DNA of 13,636 bases. It comes from Candidatus Nanohalobium sp. GTDB taxonomy: Archaea > Nanohalarchaeota > Nanosalinia > Nanosalinales > Nanosalinaceae. The stretch covers positions 1-13,636 of the forward strand of contig JBDGTY010000068.1 of NCBI GenBank assembly GCA_042216335.1, read 5' to 3'. Under the pieces are notes generated by a model, which saw only the letters and a program-made list of their open reading frames with translations, had not been told where the DNA came from and searched no databases. The first letter of the stretch is position 1, and every line of letters begins with the position of its first letter. Positions 1-7,250 of this stretch are shown one piece after another. Made by a program: the position numbers and the translations under genes.

Positions 1-12
1 TTCGGTACGACC

Positions 13-20
13 GGAGGTGA
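13..20 (+). promoter_or_regulatory. Strong Shine-Dalgarno site (GGAGGTGA) for the ORF at 29
   Basis: GGAGGTGA lies 8 nt upstream of ATG 29 and matches the archaeal/bacterial SD consensus. Confidence 0.85.
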
Positions 21-28
21 AAACTTGA

Positions 29-1318
29 ATGAAGAAACACGCAAAGAAAGCACTTAGCCATGAAGTATCTGTCTTGGGTAAGACTGTTCCGACGCTGGCG
101 ATCGCTGCACTCTTCCTTGTCGGAGGAGGAACAGCCGCCACACTGACCTACTTCGGACAGGTCACAGGAACAGCCAACGTTGACCAGGCAGTACTCGTTA
201 ATGGTAATCCTGGAGAGACAACAGTCGACATCTTCGACGGCAGCGAACCTATTACTGCTGGAGAAACTGTTGTGGACACATTCCAGATTAGCAACAACAT
301 GGATTCGGCCTACAGTCCGGCATATAACTCTGAGTTAAGCTACGATGGAAACACTCTGACTCAGACAGGAGCAGACATCGACTGGGTAGACAGTAGTGAT
401 AATCAGGTAGGGATCGACACGACGTTCGCCAATTACTTCAGAGATGCAGGACACAACTTCAGCGCAGTCAGCGCAACAAGAACTGGTGCTGACGTAGTAG
501 TTGATCCTACAGATGACGGCTCTACAGATACTCCTGACACTATCAGTGCAGGGATTGAGGAAGTTACTGAGGACACAGATGATGGAGATAGAGAAATTGT
601 CTTCGTTGCTCAGAGAGATTCAGGTTCCTACAGTGGATTTACACTTGACAAGGCAGGAGTTTCCGTAGTCTCCAATGGAGCCAAGGTCAAAGGGAACATA
701 GAGATTGCTGCTGACAACTTCAGGCTTTCCGGATTCGAAGTTGTTGATGCCGAGAACTCTGCTAACAACGACATCATCAGGGTTCAGACCAATTCCGTAG
801 ATTCTGGAGAGATCAGTAATCTTCTCATCAACGGGAAAGGAACAAGTGACACAGGAACAGGAATCTATCTGAACCATGCCAACGCAGCATCCAATCTGGT
901 CATCAAGCATAACACGATTAAGAATGCTTGGGCCGGAATTGGGGGCACAGAATCCTTCGAAGGATCCATTAACTACAACGTCTTCAAGTCCAACGACGAA
1001 GCGATCGGAGTCGGAGACGACGAGTTCAGCACTGAAGGAAACCGTTTCGAGAACAATGTAGCCTCGTTCAGAGTCTACGACACGGGCAAGTACAGTAGCA
1101 GCAGTCCTAGTGTAGATGCAAGCGGCAACTTCTTCCATGAACCATTCAACATAGAGTACAAGGGTGATATGGGAGAGTCAGACGTTTCTGCATCCTATCA
1201 GACAGTAGATTCGGTTCCTGCTGGAGAAACTGTCACTGTCGGCGTAGTCAACGAATTCGATCTCATGATTAACGGAGCCTACGACTACACGCTGACAACA
1301 GACATCACGACAAACTAG
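29..1318 (+). CDS. Secreted surface protein with a right-handed parallel beta-helix (pectin lyase-like/NosD-like) flanked by beta-rich N- and C-terminal segments; putative fibre subunit
   Basis: 429 aa with a strong RBS. Basic N-region plus hydrophobic signal segment (TLAIAALFLVGGGTAA). Beta-helix cap (DTISAGIEEV...IVFV...GSY) and repeats (NFRLSGFEV, GIYLNH, NLVIKHNTIKN, INYNVFKSN, GNRFENN, VDASGNFF) at about 491-1135. Very acidic, no C-terminal TM. Confidence 0.8.
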   Translation: MKKHAKKALSHEVSVLGKTVPTLAIAALFLVGGGTAATLTYFGQVTGTANVDQAVLVNGNPGETTVDIFDGSEPITAGETVVDTFQISNNMDSAYSPAYNSELSYDGNTLTQTGADIDWVDSSDNQVGIDTTFANYFRDAGHNFSAVSATRTGADVVVDPTDDGSTDTPDTISAGIEEVTEDTDDGDREIVFVAQRDSGSYSGFTLDKAGVSVVSNGAKVKGNIEIAADNFRLSGFEVVDAENSANNDIIRVQTNSVDSGEISNLLINGKGTSDTGTGIYLNHANAASNLVIKHNTIKNAWAGIGGTESFEGSINYNVFKSNDEAIGVGDDEFSTEGNRFENNVASFRVYDTGKYSSSSPSVDASGNFFHEPFNIEYKGDMGESDVSASYQTVDSVPAGETVTVGVVNEFDLMINGAYDYTLTTDITTN

Positions 1319-1329
1319 AATTGATTTAA

Positions 1330-1394
1330 CCTCTCACTTCATTCTTTTCCGAGAGGATTTTCGGCAGGCCCGGCCTAACCGGTTGAGGCCTGCC
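1330..1394 (+). terminator. Two intergenic stem-loops with T-rich tracts: possible terminator or mRNA-stabilising element
   Basis: CCTCTC (1330-1335) pairs with GAGAGG (1351-1356) and is followed by ATTTT. GGCAGGCC (1363-1370) pairs with GGCCTGCC (1387-1394). The function is inferred. Confidence 0.4.
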
Positions 1395-1403
1395 CTGATA
1401 CAT

Positions 1404-1940
1404 ATGCATAGGAAGTCGGCAGTGCTTGTCGCAGGATTGATCTTAGCTGCCGGTATGGGTTCTGCGGGGGTTCTGGAGAGTTTTGGAATTATCTCCGGGA
1501 CTGTGGATGTCGAGGGTCCGACTTTCTATGCTGCTGATGGTAAGGTGCTTCAGCTTGATGTGCCTGAGGGAGATGAGAAGGTCGATTATCTTGGTGTGGG
1601 GCCGAAACCGGGAGATGTCGAGTACTTCTCGACCCGTGACCTGGGAGGGAAGGAATGGTATGATCTGGAGGCGGAGATGTATGTCGAGGTTAAGGCTCAG
1701 TCCGGTGTGGAGAACGCCAGTCTGAACCTTCAGTTCAACTACAGGGATAGCTCTGGTGACTGGAACGGGTGTGGGAAGTGGGTCAACTTCGAAACGCAGG
1801 ACAGTTACCACACGGTCTCGGTTAGCTGCGACCTTGACGTGCCCGGAGATGTGGAGAAATTCCAGTACGTTATCGAGGCCAGGGACGACCTCGGAATCCA
1901 GGCCACTGGAGGAACAAGAGTGGAGGTGAACGCGCAGTGA
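1404..1940 (+). CDS. Secreted beta-rich hypothetical protein (signal peptide, Cys pair); shares its N-terminal motif with the ORF at 29
   Basis: ORF track gives 1383..1940. ATG 1404 gives a normal signal peptide (MHRKSAVLVAGLILAAGMGSA). Acidic, beta-strand pattern, two Cys. The stop overlaps the next start (GTGA). Confidence 0.8.
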   Translation: MHRKSAVLVAGLILAAGMGSAGVLESFGIISGTVDVEGPTFYAADGKVLQLDVPEGDEKVDYLGVGPKPGDVEYFSTRDLGGKEWYDLEAEMYVEVKAQSGVENASLNLQFNYRDSSGDWNGCGKWVNFETQDSYHTVSVSCDLDVPGDVEKFQYVIEARDDLGIQATGGTRVEVNAQ

Positions 1941-3433
1941 GAAAGATCATGGCCTTGCTGGCTGCATCGGTTCTGCTGACAGGTTTCTCTGCCGCGGCGT
2001 CGGTCGACCTTGAGATGGTGCAGAATCCTTCCATGACAGCAGGGAGGACCGGAGAAGCGGTCATCAGTTTCAGGTATGAGGGAGATCAGTTCGAGGACAG
2101 GGCGTTCGACCCGTTCGCGTTGCTGGTCTCGGTTGACCACGAGAAGGGCAATCTCTCGAACCGTTACTTCGATGCCTCCGGCCGGTTGAGCTACTCCTGG
2201 GCTGGCAACAGTTACAGTTTCGATCTGGAGTGCGTGGCGGGGCCGGAAGAGGTCTCGAGCATGAATCAGACTGGCAGCTTCTACTCCACGCAGAGTCAGG
2301 TGGTGGAAAGCAATGAACTTCTCTGCGTCCCGAAGAACACATTATCGGTGCTGAAAAGTAATACTTTCATCGAAGACGGCAAGATAGAACTGAACTTCTC
2401 CACGAGTCCACGGGTCGCTCCAGGCAAGATGAACATAACCTACAGCTTCGGCAGCTTCTCCGGCTTCCCGCAGTTCGATCCTCTCCTCGAGGCGAACGAG
2501 AACGGCACAGTGGAGCTGGAAGACCACGGCATCAGGATAGAAAACCTTGAACAGGGTACGGAGATCGGAGTGGTCGGCTACTCCGCCCTCAACGTCCAGA
2601 ATCCGGTGCCGGACTCCGAAAGCTTCTCCCTCGGCTACTACGAGCTAGAACCCAGGAAGAAGGCATCCGGAAAAGTGTTGATAGAGTACGACCAGCAGAG
2701 CATCGATGGATCCAACCGATTGAACCCGAGACTGTACCGCTGCAGTATCCAGGCAGGGAACTGTGACTGGGAACTGATTTCGAACCAGTCCGCTGCAAAC
2801 GGAATCCTGAAAGCCCAGCTTGATCATTTCTCCCTGTTCGGATTATTCACATCGAAAGAGAGAAAAGTTGTCATCAGGGAGGAAACGCAAACAGTTGACG
2901 GCGATGGAGGTGGTGGAACCACGGTCGTGACCCGGACAGAGACAGAGTACGTGAACAACACGCAGACGGAGACAGAGAAAGTGATTAAACCGACAGCATC
3001 GTTCGACATCCTCTACACCTCCCCGGGAGTAAGGAAAGATGTAAGGTTCAATGCCTCCGACTCCTATGATCCTGATGGAAGCATAGAGAGCTACAAGTGG
3101 AGCTTTGGGGAATCTGGTAAAACAGTTGAACAATCATTCCCTGTAAACAAGTCTGTCAACGTTACCCTGACGGTCACGGACTCGCAGGGCGTCCAGGATT
3201 CGGTAACGAAACAGCTTAACTCCGGCATACGACAGGGTCAGGAAACCGGAACTACTGACGACAGAGGAACACAGGACGCTTCACAGTCGATTACAGGACA
3301 GTTCCTTGGCTCGACCTCGGATATGGTCGGGATACTTGCGTTGCTCGTAGTGGCGGCACTTCTAATCCTGGTCTATACGGGCCGAGTCAATCCTGAAGCA
3401 CTATACAGGAGGGCAAAGCAGAAGATTGAATAG
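1937..3433 (+). CDS. Membrane-anchored cell-surface glycoprotein with a PKD domain
   Basis: GTG start with GGAGGTGA at 1922-1929, signal peptide. Beta domain ending LDHFSLFGL, then a Gly/Thr linker. PKD signature PTASF...VRFNASDSYDPDGSIESYKWSFG...VTLTVTDSQG. C-terminal TM (MVGILALLVVAALLILVYT) and basic tail. Several N-x-S/T sequons. Confidence 0.88.
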   Translation: MRKIMALLAASVLLTGFSAAASVDLEMVQNPSMTAGRTGEAVISFRYEGDQFEDRAFDPFALLVSVDHEKGNLSNRYFDASGRLSYSWAGNSYSFDLECVAGPEEVSSMNQTGSFYSTQSQVVESNELLCVPKNTLSVLKSNTFIEDGKIELNFSTSPRVAPGKMNITYSFGSFSGFPQFDPLLEANENGTVELEDHGIRIENLEQGTEIGVVGYSALNVQNPVPDSESFSLGYYELEPRKKASGKVLIEYDQQSIDGSNRLNPRLYRCSIQAGNCDWELISNQSAANGILKAQLDHFSLFGLFTSKERKVVIREETQTVDGDGGGGTTVVTRTETEYVNNTQTETEKVIKPTASFDILYTSPGVRKDVRFNASDSYDPDGSIESYKWSFGESGKTVEQSFPVNKSVNVTLTVTDSQGVQDSVTKQLNSGIRQGQETGTTDDRGTQDASQSITGQFLGSTSDMVGILALLVVAALLILVYTGRVNPEALYRRAKQKIE

Positions 3434-3441
3434 TGAGTTTT

Positions 3442-5127
3442 CTAAGTGTGGAGACCGGTTTCGTCTGTCTGAACCTTGAAAAATTCCTTCAGTGGAGCAT
3501 CCCCGTATACTTCCCTGATGTTCTTGCCTTCAGGATACTCTTCCAGTCCGAGCAGCCAGGGGAACTCTCTTACGACTTCTTCTGCAAGGTTGAAAGCGTC
3601 CTGTCTGTAGGAGAAGTTGCCTTCTGGCGTGGAGCGCAGGTTGACGAAGTACTGCAGCTGGTCGAACCCCATACTGAATGTGATGGTTGTCATAGTCGCC
3701 ATCGGCAGCAGGTACTGCGTCTGGAGAGGGAAGTCGTCCCGCATCTTTTTTTCCGCCTCATGTGCGATCTCCATAGTTTCGTCAAACAAATTTTGCGCCT
3801 CCTCAGGCATCTCATTGACCACATCAGGTCTTGAGTATCCCATGTCGAGCGTGTAGATGTTCTCGCCCCTGTCGTTCTTCTGGTGTCTTCTCAGATCTCT
3901 CAGTGCGCCGACATCGGTCTTTATCTCGAAGGTTATCTTCTCGATATCCATTTCCTCGTTCCTTCCGATCCACTCATCGTGCTCTCCACGCTTCTCAACC
4001 TTTCTCTTCAGGATTTCAAGCTTCTCGTTGTAGCTCATCGACTTCGCCTCTTTGAAAGCTTCGCTGAAGCTGTGGTGGTTGTTCTCCTTCAGTATGTGGC
4101 CGACTACTTTCTCGAAAGCGTTGTCCGGCCTCGAGATGATGTCTACTCCTTTCTTGATCTCTTCAGGTTCTTTCTCGATCTCCATATCGCCGTCGTAGAG
4201 GTGGAGCTTGTCGCTGCGATACTCGCTCTCCTCTGTGTACTTCAGCAGGGATGGTGCGATCTCTCCGCCAGCCTCCTCGATCTTCTCCGCTGATTCCTGT
4301 ATCTCGCTTAGAGGATGGCCTTTCCACGAAGCTATGTCGAACTCTGTGCTCCTTGCGTCCAGGATCCAGGCGATATTGGTCTGGATGGCCTGAGGCAGGA
4401 GGAACCGAGCTATATCAAGGCCTTTCGCATTGATTTCTCTTTCGTACTTCCTCTCCAGAAAGCTCTCTGACTTCTCCTGTATTTCTTCCGGCTGCATCTC
4501 CAGCCATTTCTCGTATGGGTATTTTTCCCTGTAGAACTCATCGGCGATCTCGGCGAACCTCTCGTAGTTCTCCGTCATCTTTTCGATAGTATCTGTGTAA
4601 GTTTCTGCATGTTCGCTTTCCATTACGTCCGGATCTCTGTAGTAGTTTTCCTTGTCGAACTCGACGTAGCGGGTTGATTGTTCGATGAAGAAGGCTAGCT
4701 GGTCGTCCGCAAGCTTTCGTGCGAATAGCTGGCTTACATCGTTGGCCACGAACGGTATCCAGACGGTGTTAGCGATGGACTTGTGGCCGTATGTTCCGTA
4801 GTATTTCTCGAAGAAGCTCTGTGCCTTCTCAAGTCCTGCTTCCAGTGCTTCCTGTGGGTGCTCGAAGCTCTCTCCGTCTGCATCTTTTTCAGTGGTGTTG
4901 GCCAGTTTTTCCAGTCTTTTCTCTCCGCCCTCTATCTCGTGGCCTTTTACCTCGCCTTTGATGGCGTCGAGCAGGTGTTCTCTGACGTCTTTCGGGCTGC
5001 GTGAGAAGAACGATCCGAACGCCCCGAATATCTCAGGCCGCATGTTTTTGACTGCGTATATGTCTTTTTCCGGGGTTGTTACGAAGTTTTCCAGTGCCTT
5101 TTTCTCTTTCTCGGTGAAGTCTGTCAA
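3442..5127 (-). CDS. thyX: FAD-dependent thymidylate synthase, tandem two-domain (long) form
   Basis: 561 aa. Motifs YGHKSIA, EQSTRYV and DIARFLLP-x3-TN in domain 1; RDLRRH, QYLLPMA and YFVNLRS-x-PEGNFSYR in domain 2. TTG start preceded by GGAGG. Confidence 0.88.
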   Translation of the reverse strand: MTDFTEKEKKALENFVTTPEKDIYAVKNMRPEIFGAFGSFFSRSPKDVREHLLDAIKGEVKGHEIEGGEKRLEKLANTTEKDADGESFEHPQEALEAGLEKAQSFFEKYYGTYGHKSIANTVWIPFVANDVSQLFARKLADDQLAFFIEQSTRYVEFDKENYYRDPDVMESEHAETYTDTIEKMTENYERFAEIADEFYREKYPYEKWLEMQPEEIQEKSESFLERKYEREINAKGLDIARFLLPQAIQTNIAWILDARSTEFDIASWKGHPLSEIQESAEKIEEAGGEIAPSLLKYTEESEYRSDKLHLYDGDMEIEKEPEEIKKGVDIISRPDNAFEKVVGHILKENNHHSFSEAFKEAKSMSYNEKLEILKRKVEKRGEHDEWIGRNEEMDIEKITFEIKTDVGALRDLRRHQKNDRGENIYTLDMGYSRPDVVNEMPEEAQNLFDETMEIAHEAEKKMRDDFPLQTQYLLPMATMTTITFSMGFDQLQYFVNLRSTPEGNFSYRQDAFNLAEEVVREFPWLLGLEEYPEGKNIREVYGDAPLKEFFKVQTDETGLHT

Positions 5128-5159
5128 ATCGGTTTCCCCTCCTGTTTGAGTTGTCGGCT

Positions 5160-5230
5160 GTGAGGATTATAATTGTGTTGGCGTAGCTGGTGCTGAGGTA
5201 ACTTAACTTTTTCTGTACTGGTTTCAGGTG
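5160..5230. promoter_or_regulatory. Divergent promoter region between thyX and the histidine kinase
   Basis: AT-rich TATA-like elements ATTATAATT (5166-5174) and CTTAACTTTT (about 5202-5211) lie in the intergenic gap. AGGTG, an RBS-like site, is at 5226-5230. Confidence 0.4.
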
Positions 5231-5239
5231 TGGTTGGGT

Positions 5240-6016
5240 TTGACGAGCAGTGAGGAAGTAGTCGAGGATATCTACCTGCACGATGTAAAGTCCGGCAAGA
5301 TGGTTCTGGAGACGGCTGTAGGAAGTGAGGTCGATTTCGGGCCTTCTGAGGACGAAGAAGTTGAGAAGCTGGAGTTCTTCCAGTCTCTCGTTGATAACGT
5401 CTATGAGGATATCGAGCAGGAAGGTATCAGGTCTGGAGAAGGGGTTTACGGCACTCTCGCCTGTTTTGAGGGTTATTTTGATGGCTGGGTTGGAGACACA
5501 GTGGACAGGATTTCGAACTGCAGCGCGATAGTGTCGGAGTATCTTGACGAGGCCGGAGAAGAATCCGTGGTAACTGTCTCCGAGCTGGGTGAAAGGCTGA
5601 GCCAGTATGGCGCAGAGGTCGAATATGAAGCCTCTTCAGAAGTCGAAATAGAAGCCGACAGAGGCCTTGCGATGGCATTCAACACTCTGGGAGTCAACCA
5701 GGAAGAACATACCTCGGAAGGAACAGACTGGTACGCCGAGTTCAACGTAGAGGAGGACGAACTCAGGGTAGAGGTCTGCGACAACGGCACAGGGCTCGAA
5801 AGTTATGCTGGAGAAGAGATATTCCAGAAAGGCGTCGGCGACGGCTCAGGCAAAGGACTCTACCTGGCCAGAAGGTTGATAGAGGTGAATGACGGAAGCA
5901 TCGGATACAGCCCCGATATCTCCAATGAAGGAGGATTCGGCCTCGAGATAGAGGTGCCTCTCAGTACCGAACACCGGACTCTGAGTAGAGAGGAAACTTC
6001 TTCAGAAGTTCGCTGA
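5240..6016 (+). CDS. Cytoplasmic histidine kinase-like protein (H-box plus HATPase_c) with no sensor domain
   Basis: H-box-like LHDVKS near the N-terminus. N-box-like [12 protein letters not shown]1 VCDNGTGL, F-box EEIFQKG, G2 [18 protein letters not shown]. Start is TTG 5240 (AGGTG 9 nt upstream) or GTG 5228 (ORF track). The 3' end overlaps glyA by 56 bp. Confidence 0.8.
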   Translation: MTSSEEVVEDIYLHDVKSGKMVLETAVGSEVDFGPSEDEEVEKLEFFQSLVDNVYEDIEQEGIRSGEGVYGTLACFEGYFDGWVGDTVDRISNCSAIVSEYLDEAGEESVVTVSELGERLSQYGAEVEYEASSEVEIEADRGLAMAFNTLGVNQEEHTSEGTDWYAEFNVEEDELRVEVCDNGTGLESYAGEEIFQKGVGDGSGKGLYLARRLIEVNDGSIGYSPDISNEGGFGLEIEVPLSTEHRTLSREETSSEVR

Positions 6017-7223
6017 CTCTTTCAGAGACGTTTTCCCGAACTACGCTTTTTTCTGGATTCTTAACCACTCTTCCGATCATCTTGCCTATCTCCTCAAGCT
6101 CTTCCTCCTCCATGCCTCGCGTCGTTAACGCAGGAGTGCCGATCCTGACGCCTGAGGTAACTCTCGGCGGCTCGGGGTCGTAAGGTACTGCGTTCTTGTT
6201 CACCACTATGTTTGCTTCTTCCAGTGCTTCCTCGGCCTCCTTACCGGTTACTTCCTCATCTCTCAGGTCGACCAGCACAAGGTGGTTGTCTGTTCCGCCT
6301 GAGACCATCCTCAGGTCGTGCTCTCGAAGTCCCTCTGCCAGCGCCTTACTGTTCTTCTTGATCTGTTCAGCGTAATCTTCGAACTCTGGCCTCATAGCTT
6401 CCCTGAAACAGACTGCCTTCCCTGCGATCTGATGCATCAAGGGGCCGCCCTGAGAGTAGGGGAAGACTGCTGAGTCCACGTCATTGGCATACCTCTGCTT
6501 GCAGAGGATCATGCCTCCGCGTGCACCTCTTATCGACTTGTGTGTGGTGGAGGTCACGATGTCGCACTCCGGGAAAGGGCTTGGGTGGACTCCAGCGGCC
6601 ACTAGACCGGAGATATGGGCGATATCACACATCAGCAGTGCATCGACCTCATCCGCGACCTCACGGAACATCCCGAAGTCTATCTCACGCGGATAGGCAG
6701 AGTAACCGCAGACGATCAGATCCGGATTGTGCTCCTTCGCCGCTTCCATCACGTCCTCCTTCTCGAACCTCTCAGTCTCTTTATTGATGCCGTACGTGGC
6801 GAAGTCGAACAGGTCGCCCGAGAAGTTAACTCCGTGGCCGTGCGTCAGGTGGCCTCCGTGGGAAAGCACAGGCCCCAGAATCTTATCCCCTTCGTCCAGC
6901 TGGGAGAAGTAGGCCGCGAAGTTGGCCTGTGAACCACTATGTGGTTGGACATTTGCGTGATCAGCATCGAAGATCTCGCAGGCACGCTCCTGCGCCAGGT
7001 TCTCCACTTTATCATGATACTCGCATCCCGCGTAGTATCTTTTCCCGGGATAGCCCTCCGCGTACTTGTTCGTCAAGACGCTTCCCTGTGCCTGTAGCAC
7101 CTGTTTGGGCACGAAGTTCTCCGAGGCGATCATCTCCAGAGACTCGCTCTCCTGCCTCTCAACCTCGTTCTTCAGTGCTTTGTAAACTTCGGGATCTGCC
7201 TCAGAAAGATCGCGGTGCTTCAT
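5961..7223 (-). CDS. glyA: Serine hydroxymethyltransferase (bacterial-type, PLP-dependent)
   Basis: [61 protein letters not shown]-lysine motif [36 protein letters not shown]. Confidence 0.98.
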   Translation of the reverse strand: MKHRDLSEADPEVYKALKNEVERQESESLEMIASENFVPKQVLQAQGSVLTNKYAEGYPGKRYYAGCEYHDKVENLAQERACEIFDADHANVQPHSGSQANFAAYFSQLDEGDKILGPVLSHGGHLTHGHGVNFSGDLFDFATYGINKETERFEKEDVMEAAKEHNPDLIVCGYSAYPREIDFGMFREVADEVDALLMCDIAHISGLVAAGVHPSPFPECDIVTSTTHKSIRGARGGMILCKQRYANDVDSAVFPYSQGGPLMHQIAGKAVCFREAMRPEFEDYAEQIKKNSKALAEGLREHDLRMVSGGTDNHLVLVDLRDEEVTGKEAEEALEEANIVVNKNAVPYDPEPPRVTSGVRIGTPALTTRGMEEEELEEIGKMIGRVVKNPEKSVVRENVSERVSELLKKFPLYSESGVRY

Positions 7224-7250
7224 GGAGAAAACTGTGAAGCCTAAAATTAT

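Noticed and set aside
1319-1403. tRNA or CRISPR repeat in the GC-rich intergenic hairpins
   Set aside because: No cloverleaf or T-loop consensus and no repeat-spacer periodicity here or elsewhere in the window.
1383-1403. TTG start at 1383 for ORF2
   Set aside because: It lies inside a stem-loop and adds an atypical extension. ATG 1404 gives a normal signal peptide.
29-1940. Type IV pilin or archaellin interpretation of ORF1/ORF2
   Set aside because: No class III signal ([KR]-[GA] cleavage site ahead of the hydrophobic helix). The signals look like signal peptidase I type, and no assembly ATPase or TadC gene is in the window.
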